Below, in pieces: positions 42,069-53,255 of a stretch of DNA of 64,000 nt. The stretch's first letter is position 1. The number at the start of each line of letters is the position of its first letter. Made by a program: the position numbers and the translations under genes. The stretch comes from Chrysemys picta bellii (lineage: Eukaryota): contig NC_088794.1 in NCBI RefSeq assembly GCF_011386835.1, positions 57,722,001 to 57,786,000 of the forward strand. The letters are read 5' to 3'. The notes under the pieces were generated by a model. That model had not been told where the DNA came from and did no database searches. It saw only the letters and a program-made list of their open reading frames with translations.

Positions 42069-42495
42069 GTAAGGAAATTAAACCTAATGTTTAAATTAAC
42101 TTGTTTTTGGCTCAGTGGTCCGTAAAAGAACACGATCGACTCAAAAATAATATATTTTTCATGATTGTTTTTAGCTTAATAACACATTAGTTAATTAAAG
42201 CTAATAGGATTTTAACAATCATTATTTTTGCCATATACCCTGCTTTTCTTTTTTGCATTTCCCACCTTGGACAACCAGGCTAGTCAGTTTCACTTGACTT
42301 GCTTGTCAGTTTCAGCTTTCAGTTCTCATACTAGTGGATGTAGTGTTTGGATCCCAAATACTTTAGAAACTTACATCCAGATAAACTCTTTCCACTGGAA
42401 ATAATATTTTAAATACCGAAAATAATTTCTATTGAATTTCACTTATGTAAAACATTGTTCTGAGATCTTTTATGTTTTGAGCATTTGAGTATACA

Positions 42496-43594
42496 TAAGC
42501 CCCGTCGTTTTCAGTTTAAACCAATTTTTACTGAAAAAATGTCCAGGTTTTACAAAAAGTATTACTCATTTTTTTCTGATTTTCACCCTACTTTCGTATC
42601 ATTCAAATATATAAATAATAACTTGTTTTATTAGGAAAATACAATACATTGCGTGAGATTTATGTATTATGATAATACATTAGTCTGTGTGTGTATATGC
42701 AAAGCTGACTGTTGAAGTAAGACTATGTGTTAGTCTAGAAGATACACACAATAACAAACAGGCAGGCATAGGCACGCACTTATTTTGTGTATCTGAACGT
42801 ACTAGTGAATCTCACGCCCACCACTTGCACATTTCAAGCTGTTAGCAGATAGTGGTTTAAAGATTTGGCACGCTAAAATAGGAAGAAAACAAAAATCCGT
42901 ATCAGAATAAGTTTCAGAATACAAGGAAGTATTCGAAAGTTTAAAAAAAACCAAACAGGAGAAAAGGATGAAGTTGAGTGTACGCGCTGCAAATGGTGTG
43001 GCCCAATTATTAAATGTAAATATTTATAGGGCAATAGTTCTAAGTTTACAACAGTAAACCGTTTATTCAAATGAAAAGTTTTATTTGAGGATTAGAGATA
43101 TGTTGTTTTCTTAAACTCAGACGTGGCATTGTGTTTTGAGTTCTGTTTTAGTTTCTGCAGCAAACCACATTGATGAACGAAATTCAAAGCATTACAGGTC
43201 TGTCTCATCTTACGCGGGGGTTCCGTTCTGCGGTTAGCACGTAAAGCGAAAACTGCGTATAGTCAAAATTACATTGAGTTCAGTGGTGGGCGGAATCGCC
43301 CGCACTACAGGTACAGTATTAAAATTGTTATTTTTCTCTTTTTTTTGTTTTTGCCGACCGCGTAAAGCTGAAATCGCGCATGTTAAATGCGCATAAGATG
43401 CGACAGACCTGTAATCGACTGAATAATTTTTTCCCTGTCTTTCTGTCCGCCAAAATAAATCCCAATATTTACCCAGAAAAATTACTAACATTTTTTGCCC
43501 CGATTTTTCACCTGTTTTGGTTGCTGTGATAATAAACACTGATAAATTGTCTGGAAAAAATAAATAAAATAAAAACTGAAAACAAAGGACCCTA
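42496..43594. mobile_element. AT-rich non-autonomous hAT-like element, about 1.1 kb
   Basis: Imperfect TIRs (17/22); 8-bp TSD AGTATACA/AGTGTAGA (6/8). Confidence 0.6.
43195..43411. mobile_element. Tc1/mariner (Tigger-like) MITE nested in the hAT element
   Basis: 22-bp TIR CAGGTCTGTCTCATCTTACGCG (20/22 match to the other end); TA TSD. Confidence 0.9.
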
Positions 43595-43860
43595 AGTGTA
43601 GAAAACTTCAGTGATGAGAAATCTTTTAAAAAAAAATTAATATAATTAGTATGAATAGAAAAAACCCATAGCAGCAATTTCCAGGTAACAAGTCAAACCA
43701 TGCCGATTCTAATGCTCACAGAGTCCAATAAACATTAAGTGTGATATGACTGAAGTGAAGTTCGTGCTCCTTAGTTTCACAGCTGAGAACTGGTTAGTTT
43801 TTGGGAGGTGTTTTCTGTTTGGATGCAGAAATGAAATTGACAGTGATGCTCTCTTGGCAG

Positions 43861-43935
43861 AACTATACAGCTACACAGAGGGTCCGGAGTTCCAGCTGAA
43901 TCGAAAATGCTTTGAGGAGGATTTTAGGGTCCACG
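43861..43935 (+). CDS. STRIP1: STRIP1 exon 3
   Basis: ELYSYTEGPEFQLNRKCFEEDFRVH; AG/GT flanks. Confidence 0.96.
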
Positions 43936-44390
43936 GTAAGAGAACTGTCTTCTCCCTCCCACATCGTACTATGGAGATGATGTCACCTGTAGAACATAGA
44001 CAGTAGGAGACAGAAGTATTGATGTGCTGCTATCTCTGTGTCAGAAGGAAGGAACCAGCCACGTACATTGATTCCTTGTTTACCTTAGCTGGTGTTTGCT
44101 GACAAATGTTGTCAATGTTCACAGGACACCTTCTAATATGCCTCACCTGTGAACTGGAGGGGAAAGAGTAGGTTCGTGTCTGTGGCCTAATCAGCACTTA
44201 GGCTATCAAAATGTGCTAGGTGGTTAATTGGTGCTGACTGTGGCTGTGCTGTAAGATGTGGAAGTCTGTCCATTAAGAACAACCATCTCATTTTATGAAG
44301 GTTGTTGTCTGTACTGACTTCTGATCACCGCTGATGTGGATTCAAACAGATGAGTCTGATTAATTCTGTCCTGTACTAGAAGGCTTTAGT

Positions 44391-45105
44391 CCGGGGTGGG
44401 CAAACTTTTTGGCCTGAGGGCCACATCGGGTTTCTGAAATTGTATGGAGGGCCGGTTAGGGAAGGCTGTGCCCCCCCAAATAGCCAGGCGTGGCACGGCC
44501 CCCACCCCCCTATCCAGCCCCCCCCTGCTTCTTGCCCCCTGACGGCCCCCCAGGACTCGTGCCCCATCCAACCCCCCCGTTCCCTGATGGGACCCCTGCC
44601 CAATCCACCCTTCCCTGTGCCCTGACCGCCCTTGGAACCCCTGTCTGTCCCCCGCCGCCCAATCCAACCCCTCCACTCATTCCTGACTGCCCCCCTGGGA
44701 CCCCTACCCCATCCAACCACCTTCTTCCTGTCCCCGGAACCCTTGCCCCTGCCTGCCCCCCACTGCCCCATCTAACCCCCCCCCCCCCGACTGCTCCCCC
44801 GGGACCCCTGTCCCCATTCCACCCCCTTGTTCCCCGCCCTCTGACTGCCCCGCCCCCTATCCACACCCCTGCCACCTGACCACCCCCCCAAACTCCCCTG
44901 CCCTCTATCCAACCCGCTCCCTGCCCCCTTACCGCGCTGCCTGGAGCACCAGTGGCTGGCGGCGCTACAGCTGCACCGCCCAGAGCATTGCGCTGGCGGA
45001 GCGGCGAGCTGAGGCTGCGGGGGAGGGGCCGGGGGCTAGCCTCCCGGGCCAGGAGTTCAGGGGCTGGGCAGGAGGGTCCCGCGGGCTGTAGTTTGCCCAC
45101 CTCTG
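44391..45105. mobile_element. Charlie-type hAT element with a C-rich/CpG-rich interior
   Basis: TIR CCGGGGTGGGCAAACT/AGTTTGCCCACCTCTG; CTTTAG in both flanks. Confidence 0.85.
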
Positions 45106-45377
45106 CTTTAGAGTTCCCTCTGCCTGGCCCCTTGATGATCAGACGTACCTATGCTTTGTCCCATGGCTGTGATGAGTGCCCTGTCCAAATTGACAGTCTG
45201 GCTCTCTATTTATGCTGAATGCTCTGAATTTTCCTCTCTTCATTTTACATCCGATGAGAGAACTGCGGTTGTAACTGCTTCATAGTTTCATGGCTTTTGG
45301 AGAGGGGGAGAAATATACACCCCCGTCCAGCTGTGGGGAGCAACCTCACACAAAACTAGCTGTGTTTGGCTTTTCAG

Positions 45378-45512
45378 TGCTGGATAAAAAATGGACCGAG
45401 CTGGACAACAGCCAGCATCGTACCCATGCCATGCGGCTTCTTGATGGGCTGGAGGTCACTGCCAGGGAGAAGAGGCTCAAGGTGGCCCGAGCCATCCTCT
45501 ACGTCGCACAAG
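45378..45512 (+). CDS. STRIP1: STRIP1 exon 4
   Basis: VLDKKWTELDNSQHRTHAMRLLDGLEVTAREKRLKVARAILYVAQ; AG/GT flanks. Confidence 0.96.
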
Positions 45513-46532
45513 GTATGTTGCAGTGTCGGCAGAAGAATTGGTCCTGTTCTGAAATCCCTGTTAACTTTTCTGTGTAGAATCTTTATTAAAGGGGCACCCA
45601 GGTTAGAAATCATCTGTTTAACACCAGCTTCCCTCCCCATGTCCCTGGTCACACCTGCAGCCGTTAGATCGGAATTAACTTGTTACGATTGCTGCCATCT
45701 TACCTGTTGTGCATTCAATGAGTCATTTTCACCTTTATTTCTAGTTGGGTTCCTGTTTAGGGGCTCGATTCTGAAGCATAAGGGGTAGCCCAGGAGGGTC
45801 TGGGGCAAAGGTTGATTTAAGCTGCGGAGCTGCATCCTCCAAAAGCGCCTCGAATAATAATAATAATTAGTATGTTGTTTAAAATGCCTTTGCAATACCC
45901 ATGTTCTTCCTGCACTGAGGGCTGCTGTGGCCCCAGTCAAATTAAGAGCAGCTTGGGCTTTGTCTGCCAGTGGAATGCTCCATAGGCCAGAATGGCTGTG
46001 GGGCTGAGCACTGTCCCCACTCCCTCTCCTACCCCCAGGCCTGTCCCCTATGCTGTGGGCAGCATGGGGCCACGCACCTGAGCCTTACAGAGCTGCCACA
46101 GCGAGGGGAATTCTCCCTCTGGCGGTTGTATCCATTTTACACTCCCTATATCAGATCAGCGTGTATGGGCCGGGGACGGGGCCAAAATCTGGCCCCAGGT
46201 TCTCCTGCACTAGCTCAATGTGGTAAAGTTTGGGTTGCAAATGCTTCAGGGGAAATCTTTAAATCCAAATGCATAATTTTAACTGAAAAATATTTCTCTT
46301 AAATACTTTTGTCCAACTTCTAACCAAGTAGATGGGGCACCGGAACGGGAGTTGATCTAATTTCTTTTTTTTCCCTGAGACCTGGAGCAAGTTTCTTCCC
46401 CTCTCCGTGCCTGTCTTCCTGTCTGTCATCCGTGGATCAGATTCGCATGGGCTCTCTGAGGCTTGCTTGAATGTCTGTGAAGTGCACTGAGATTCTTGAC
46501 GGAAAGGTGATCCAATAATAACGTTATTACAG

Positions 46533-46653
46533 GCACCTTCGGAGAGTGCGGTTCCGAGGCTGAAGTTCAAGCCTGGATGCGATATAACATTTTCTTGCTA
46601 CTGGAAGTTGGTACCTTCAACGCTTTGGTGGAGCTTCTGAACATGGAGATTGA
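46533..46653 (+). CDS. STRIP1: STRIP1 exon 5
   Basis: GTFGECGSEAEVQAWMRYNIFLLLEVGTFNALVELLNMEI; AG/GT flanks. Confidence 0.96.
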
Positions 46654-46778
46654 GTGAGTATCATGGGGCTGGGGATATGAAAAGCTGTGCCCGAAGAGTT
46701 TTGGTAACCTGTGCGTGAACTACTCCACCTGGATCTTTTTCCAGTTTGTGAAAGATGCTCACTTCCCAGCAGCTCTCT

Positions 46779-46848
46779 GCTCCCAATCCAGTTTCCGTTG
46801 GAGTCAGCGGGAAGGCTCCTGTTGACTTCAGTGGGGGTCGGATTGAGC
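46779..46848. mobile_element. Short palindromic MITE-like repeat
   Basis: CCAATCC...GGAGTCAGCGGGA / TCCTGTTGACTTC...GGATTGAGC arms. Confidence 0.5.
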
Positions 46849-47014
46849 TCTGTCTCCAAGGACCAGGGGCAATGTAGGCAGCAGTAAGTTTTGCAAGTTT
46901 CAGAGTGCTTCACGCGTGTCCTGGAGATACTGCCTCCAGGTCAGTCCAGTCAATCCTTGGTAAAAAGCAACAGAGGGTCCTGTGGCACCTTTGAGACTAA
47001 CAGAAGTATTGGGA

Positions 47015-47055
47015 GCATAAGCTTTCGTGGGTAAGAACCTCACTTCTTCAGATGC
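47015..47055 (-). ncRNA. Minimal type I hammerhead ribozyme motif
   Basis: Exact reverse complement of 47070-47110. Confidence 0.7.
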
Positions 47056-47069
47056 AAGGCATCTGCAAG

Positions 47070-47110
47070 GCATCTGAAGAAGTGAGGTTCTTACCCACGA
47101 AAGCTTATGC
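47070..47110 (+). ncRNA. Minimal type I hammerhead ribozyme motif
   Basis: GCAU-CUGAAGA-A-GUG(A)GGU-UCUU-ACCCAC-GAA-AGCU-U/AUGC: helix I GCAU:AUGC, stem II with a bulged A, palindromic helix III AGCU. Confidence 0.72.
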
Positions 47111-47625
47111 TCCCAATACTTCTGTTAGTCTCAAAGGTGCCACAGGACCCTCTGTTGCTTTTTACAGATTCAGACTAACATGGCCACCCTTCTGATACTC
47201 AATCCTTGGTGTGTCTATTCAGGCTGCCAACTGTGGTGGTCGATTTTGGCTACTAGGAGCTGAAGCCCTCCCCCACCCCGCCTCCAACCAGTGGTCAGTT
47301 GGTGGCAGCTGGGCTGGATTTGTACTGGAGATCTCACCTGTGTGCTCTCCAGAACACTTTTATTCTGCAAGGGGAAGAGGAGCAGGGAGGTAACGAATGG
47401 TCAGACACCCATTCTAGCGAGAATGGTTCTTCCCGGGGGTTAGTCCATTTAGCCAGTGAGCATGTTAGACGTGGCGCATCCTTAGGTCTGCCCTGAGCGT
47501 AGACTGCTAGTGCATTGTTGATGGGCGCCTGGGGGGAGAATCCACTAAGGATGAAGCCCTTTCACGTCGGCAGCGGGCTCCAGAGCAGAGACCTTTGCAC
47601 TTGAGGGAGGGGTTTCCGAGGGCAG

Positions 47626-47745
47626 GCCTGGGAGCTAGGAATTCCTGAATGCCAATCCTGGCTCTGACACTGACTCCCTTTGAGGCCTAGGGCAAATCAC
47701 TGCATTGCTGTGTCTGTTTTCCCATCTGAGAAATGGGGCTAAGTT
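47626..47745 (+). mobile_element. MIR-like SINE
   Basis: AATCCTGGCTCTGACACTGACT...GGGCAAATCACT...TTTTCCCATCTGAGAAATGGGG. Confidence 0.65.
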
Positions 47746-48108
47746 GTGGGGGTGCGGGGGGAGGTTTAGTGAGATGTTTAAGAAGCGCTGCTGCAGCAAG
47801 TACCGAATGTGATTTAGTTTCCCCTAGGAGAGAGTCGTACCCTTTCTGTGGGCCTCTGATCAACTGGGACTAATTTCCTCAGACATGAGGGACTCTGCGC
47901 TTGCTCCCTGTGTCGCCGGATTGATTTGGAGGCTTCCAGTGTTTGGCATCAGTAGAGTCTAGTCGTGTCAGATCCCAGTGGCAGCGATCAGCTCTCCTGT
48001 GTGGTTTAATTGGTTGTTTACGGTGGTGTTAAATCATCCAAGCTGCGTTTTCCCAGAGGGAGAGGTGGGCAACCTGATCTGAGGGTCTGAGTCTCTTTCC
48101 TCCCGCAG

Positions 48109-48177
48109 TAACAGCGCCGCCTGCAGCAGTGCCGTGAGGAAGCCCGCCATCTCCCTGGCCGACAGCACGGATTTGAG
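48109..48177 (+). CDS. STRIP1: STRIP1 exon 6
   Basis: DNSAACSSAVRKPAISLADSTDL; AG/GT flanks. Confidence 0.96.
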
Positions 48178-48299
48178 GTGAGTAAATGATGGGGAGATGC
48201 TGCTGAATGTTAGGCTTCAGGGTCTAAGCTGAAGGCCTGGGAGTTCAGAAAGGAGCTTTGGCAGGTGCGTTATGGGATTTGTTTCCTTCCTTTGAGAGG

Positions 48300-48470
48300 C
48301 AGTTCAGTCCAGCAGAGAGGGCTAGGAGTCAGGAGAATGGGCGCCATTTCCAGAGTGTTGACTCACTGTGGTCTCTTTGTGCCTCATTTACCCCACCTAT
48401 AAAATGGGTCTAATGGCACCCGCCTTTGTTAAAGTGTGTTGAGCTTTGGGCTCGAAAGGCACTGTAGACG
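48300..48470 (+). mobile_element. MIR-like SINE, degraded
   Basis: GGAGTCAGGAG...CTCTTTGTGCCTCATTTACCCCACCTATAAAATGGG. Confidence 0.55.
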
Positions 48471-48849
48471 TGCTCAGCTCATTAGCATCTCTGCAGGATC
48501 AAGTACAGCCTGCTGCTGGAGGCTGGATACTGGACTGATGGACCAGTAGGGCTTGCCATGCAGGGTCAGACTGTCTCCTAATCCATGTACACAGTGAGTT
48601 ACTTCTACTGGGTCAAAAGACGGGGGGCAAAGAGGTGAGGAGTGGAGCACACTCTCTCAGCCTTTTCAGGTTGGTGACCCCTTATCTGAAGTTAGAAATT
48701 TTCACTACCCTCTTTTATTTATTAAGAGTAAAAAGTGTATCAATAATGCCGATGCAGAGCCTAGATAATTGGTTAGTTTGTGTGTTACCAGAGAGGGAAT
48801 CCTTGACCTGCTTTCTGCCTGTGGTACACAATAGTTTCGTCTTCTGAGG

Positions 48850-48979
48850 GCTGTAACACTTTGGTCTAATTCTGGTTGTTGGCTTGGTGCGGGGCTGACT
48901 GGGGGATATTCTGTGGCCTGTAATATACAGTTGGTCAGACTGATCATCTAGGGGACCCTTCTGGCCGTAAACTCTATGA
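48850..48979 (+). mobile_element. CR1 3'-end fragment (older subfamily)
   Basis: TTCTGTGGCCTG...GGTCAGACT...CCCTTCTGGCCGTAAACTCTATGA, resembling a recalled CR1 tail. Confidence 0.6.
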
Positions 48980-49281
48980 CCTTGAAGGACCCTGGGTGGG
49001 GAGGGGAAGAGGGTTCAACATCTCGTGATTCCTCCCCACCCCCGGAGGCCATGACCTGCCAGTTGGGTAACACTCCTCCAGAGGGTTTCTTACCCCCAAC
49101 TCCAATATCTAGCTCTAGTCCCCTTGAGTCTGATCTGTTCCTCGTGCGGGATATGGACAAATGGGAGCAGAACATGACTGCCTTTCTAAGTGTTGCTGGA
49201 GCCAGCAGGTCATAGGCGCCTCTGAGACCTGCTCCCCTCTCGGTCATCCATTGGTCCTGTCTGATTCTCTGCGGTTTGCAG

Positions 49282-49388
49282 GGTGTTGCTGAACGTCATG
49301 TACCTGATCGTAGAGACGGTCCGGCAGGAGGCTGAGGGAGACAAGGTTGAGTGGAAGACGATGAGGCAGACTTTCCGAGCAGAGCTAG
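49282..49388 (+). CDS. STRIP1: STRIP1 exon 7
   Basis: RVLLNVMYLIVETVRQEAEGDKVEWKTMRQTFRAEL; AG/GT flanks. Confidence 0.96.
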
Positions 49389-49444
49389 GTAGGAGCCTCC
49401 CCTGGGATGTCCCGGGTGTGTAATGGTGGGGTGGGTAGGTTACA

Positions 49445-49810
49445 GCAGTGTTCTCTGCAAGGTGATGAGCCGGGGCCTGGAATCTCTGTAGTGGTTCGAA
49501 TCTGGCCCGTTTGGTAGTGACCAGCAGTCCTCCGCTTACAGCAGTTCAGTGGCCTGTGTGAAGTGAATTACTGGGTCCCATTCCAATTCCCAGGTGACAT
49601 GGGCCCACTCTGCAGAATCCATTCCCAACGCTCTTCTTGTCTGTCTTGGCAAATCAGCCAAAGCCTGAATGGGCCATGGAGACAGGATTCTTTTGCTGTT
49701 AGTGGAGGATTCCTCTGGGGCAGGGTTAAGCTACACCGGAGGGGGCAGAGCCAAGGAAGCCAGCATTCCCATTGCTTGTGCTGTATCTCTGCTGTGGAGT
49801 CTGGTCTCTG
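49445..49810 (+). mobile_element. LF-SINE-like ancient SINE, near full length; ends approximate
   Basis: Collinear blocks matching recalled LF-SINE: TGGTTCGAATC...GGTAGTGACC; GTTCAGTGGCCTGTGTGAAGTGA; GCCAAAGCCTGAATGGGCCATGGAGAC. Confidence 0.75.
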
Positions 49811-50026
49811 GGGCCATCCTTGCCCAGCATCAGAGTTATTTGTAAGCAAATACGGTAGATTCTGAACTTCAGAAGGGAGGAGAGGATGAGGGCAGGGGTG
49901 AGCAGGTAGGGGATGGGATGGTGAAGTTAGGAACATGCGGAAGCTCTGCCCTGAAAGGGAGGTGGTGATGGGAGGGTGGGCGGCTCCTCAGGTGAGCATG
50001 GCTGTTATCGGTGTGTTTGCTTCCAG

Positions 50027-50154
50027 GGGCCCCGCTGTATAACAACGAGCCATTTTCCGTTATGCTCTTCGGAATGGTGACCAAATTCTGCAGCGGCCAC
50101 GCCCCACACTTCCCTATGAAGAAGGTGCTGCTGCTGCTCTGGAAAACTGTGCTG
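50027..50154 (+). CDS. STRIP1: STRIP1 exon 8
   Basis: [43 protein letters not shown]; AG/GT flanks. Confidence 0.96.
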
Positions 50155-50324
50155 GTAAGAATCCCCGGGTGTGAGCAGGGGAGTTGGAACAAGTTTTCTA
50201 AAGCCATCATCCAAGTAATTCTTTCTTTGGCATCTAATCTGGAGCCGACTTGGCTGGAAGCAAGTGATAGGGGCTGTCTTGTCCTCTGCTGAACTCGGTA
50301 CACCCGCCCTGAGATGCAGCTGAG

Positions 50325-51160
50325 TAATTGTAAACAGGGGATCATCGTGGAGTGGGTGTGTTTCCAGTGGGCTCCTGCAGAGATCGGTTCTGGCCCTTCG
50401 CTGTTTCACACTTTTAGCCACGACCTGGAAGGAAACAGAAAATCATCACTGATAAAGTTTGCAAGTGACACAAAAATTGGGGGAGTGGTCAAGAATGAAG
50501 AGAACAGGTCACCTGATTCCGAGCGATCGAGATCACTTGGTCAGCTGGGCGTAAGCAAACAGTATGCATTTGAATACAGCTAAATGTAACTGTATTCCTC
50601 TAGAAACAAAGAACGTAGACAGAATGGGGGATTCTGTCTCGGGAAGCAGCGACCCTGAGAAAGACTGGCGGTTGTGATGGACAATGAGCTAAACATGAGC
50701 ACTGGTGCAATGCGATGGCCCAAAGGGCATAAACAGGAATCTCCAGTGGGAGCAGAGAGGTTATTTGACTTCTCTTTGTGATCTCTGGGATCTGGGTATT
50801 TGACACTGGTGCGACCGCTGCTGAAATACCGTGTCCAGTTCTGGTGCCCACAATTCAGTCAAGATGTGGATAAATTGCTGAAGGTGCAGAGAAGAACCAC
50901 AAGAATGATGAAAGGATTAGAAAACCTGCCTTCTAGCGATAGACTCAAGGACCTCAATCTATTTAGCTTAACAAAGAGAAGGTTAATTGGTGACTTTGAC
51001 CGTCCATAAGAACCTGGGGAACAAATATTTAATAATGGGGTCTTTGATCTACCAGAGAAAGGTCTAATAGGATCCAATGGCTGGAAATTGAAGCTAGATG
51101 AATTCAGACTGAAAATAAGGCATACATTTTTAACAGTGAGAGTAATTAACCATTGGAACA
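50325..51160 (+). mobile_element. CR1 LINE ORF2 fragment (older subfamily, lacks the 3' tail)
   Basis: IKFASDTKIGG (degenerate FADDTK) and LVRPLLKYRVQFWCP...NLFSLTKRRL; frameshifted. Confidence 0.9.
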
Positions 51161-51629
51161 AGTGTGTGACAGCTCTGCTCACGGTCAGGGACATGGCCCT
51201 GTACCATCCTGGCAATGAGGAACAGTTTGATAACTGGCTAGACACAAACAGTATGTGAGATCACCAGGGTGTCAGTCTGTAATGTAGATAGTCCCCAGTG
51301 CAGGTTGTGGCTTGGAACAGGTGAAATTCCACAATCCGTTTACAGGGAGCTATTGACAGGGTCGATTTTCTATTAAAATTCCCCCTCCCTGTGGTGCTAA
51401 ACACATTGCCAGCTGTCAAAGCTGAAAGCACCTTCCGTGTATGAATAACAAGGGTTATGCTGACTTCCTGGAGCCTTTAACTCCCAGCTGCCCTTGTACT
51501 GAATACTGCTGGGTTCCTGTAGCAGATCCTCCATTCCTTCAGAGGAAGTAGAATGGTAGGACCCTGGGGCAGTATCCCATTGCACTTTTCACAGTCCGAG
51601 CGCTCCATAGAGATCCTCTCACTCCGTGG

Positions 51630-51790
51630 TGAGACCTGTCACCAGTGTTATCCCCACGTTACAGATGGGAGGCCTGAGGTACCAAGAGTTTTGGATGCTC
51701 AGGGTCATAGAGAGGAGATGGTGTGAGCAGTGGGATTAGAGCTTCTGATGACCAACTCTGTGCTCCCATCTCTAGACCATACCCCTCTTT
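51630..51790 (-). mobile_element. MIR-like SINE
   Basis: TTATCCCCACGTTACAGATGGGAGGCCTGAGG...GGGATTAGAGC. Confidence 0.55.
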
Positions 51791-52142
51791 CCTGAATGAC
51801 CTCTTGACCAAAGGAAAGTGCGCCCTTCACTTCGCTAGATCTGTGATGTCCTGTAGCTAGAACCCCAGCGGTGCCTTTCTGTCCATTGGCTTTTCAGCTG
51901 TCTTCAGACTGAGCAGTCCAGCATCTGACATAGATAGACCCTAAATAACAGACCCCATACGTAAGGTTTATGGGCAGAACTCTTTGTCTCGAGGATCTGT
52001 TCACGTGGACTTTCTGTCAGGTGGTGTGGGGTGCTTGGAGCTCTGCCGAGTGAGTGAACCCTGTACGCTGTGTGTCCGGCGGGCGCTTGTACATGCGGTC
52101 GCCTCAGTCACAATTCTGGGTGTGTGGGGGGGTCTGTTGCAG

Positions 52143-52325
52143 TGCACTCTGGGAGGCTTTGAAGAGCTTCAAGCCATGAAGGCCGAGAAACGGGAGATAC
52201 TGGGCCTCCCGCCACTTCCAGAGGACAGCATCAAAGTGATCCGCAACATGAGGGCTGCGTCCCCACCGGCGTCGGCCTCCGACCTGATCGAACAGCAGCA
52301 GAAACGGGGCCGGCGGGAACACAAG
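52143..52325 (+). CDS. STRIP1: STRIP1 exon 9
   Basis: CTLGGFEELQAMKAEKREILGLPPLPEDSIKVIRNMRAASPPASASDLIEQQQKRGRREHK. Confidence 0.96.
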
Positions 52326-52553
52326 GTGAGGCCGAGTCTGGGCGAGGTCAGGGGGGTCGCAGAGGGAACGTCACCTTGCCCTCAAGGGGACAGTGAAATT
52401 AACAAGGGTAACACAGAGCAGCCAACTTCTTGCCCTAGGCATGCTGGGGAGTCAAGTGTGATCTTGGGGTGACTTGCGCCCCAGAGATAGTCTCCCCGTG
52501 TCAATCTGACGTTCACCTCCTCCCCACTCAGCCGCCTTCTCCCTTGGTTCCAG

Positions 52554-52771
52554 GCTCTGATTAAGCAAGACAACCTTGATGCCTTCAATGAGCGGGACCC
52601 TTACAAAGCTGACGACTCCCGTGAGGAAGAGGAGGAGAATGACGATGACAACAGCCTCGAGGGGGAGACGTTCCCCCTGGAACGAGATGAGGTGATGCCT
52701 CCACCCATCCAGCACCCTCCCACCGACCGACTCACCTGCCCAAAGGGGCTGCCCTGGGCTCCCAAGGTCAG
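52554..52771 (+). CDS. STRIP1: STRIP1 exon 10
   Basis: ALIKQDNLDAFNERDPYKADDSREEEEENDDDNSLEGETFPLERDEVMPPPIQHPPTDRLTCPKGLPWAPKV. Confidence 0.96.
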
Positions 52772-53255
52772 GTGAGTTGTCTCCTCAGGACCACTAGGAA
52801 TGACCTCGTGCCAGGCCCCTGGCAGCGTTTTGCCATCGGCTTGTCTAATGAATGCTGAGTGGCGATGGTTAAAGTGTGAGACAGGTTTCCGCTCCCCCGA
52901 TGGAGACCAGTATCCTTCAGGATAAAGACAGGACCCTCTAGGAACTGTCCAGCAGTGGGGCTGTCGAGATCAACCACCCCATTGTTACGAGCCTCCAGGG
53001 TGGTGGCATTGTCTTGGAGCAATGATGGGTTATCGTGTTCCACACTGGAACTCACCTAGAGGGTGGGGACCCTCCTGGGGTGGGACTTTGAAGTGGAGGC
53101 GGAAGCTCTGCTCTCTCTGAATCTCACTTGATCCAGGAGAGCTCTGTTGGGCTGATTTGTTCTTCCTGGTTGTAATTACGCGGGCACTCTCCAGCACGGC
53201 AGTGGTGGAAGGTGTGGGCCTGACTGCATGGTAAGTGATCTCCTCCTTCCTGCAG

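Larger units (their letters stand above)
46961..47199 (+). mobile_element. Young Penelope-like insertion: terminal repeat plus an inverted partial copy
   Basis: Perfect 96-bp inverted repeat (46960-47055 / 47070-47165); TSD CAATCCTTGG(T) at 46951 and 47200. Confidence 0.92.

Noticed and set aside
44376-45218. Pro/Gly-rich ORFs up to 196 aa
   Set aside because: They are translations of the low-complexity interior of a TIR/TSD-bounded hAT element.
51984-52142. In-frame open extension upstream of STRIP1 exon 9
   Set aside because: No in-frame acceptor or real ATG; the peptide does not resemble STRIP1.
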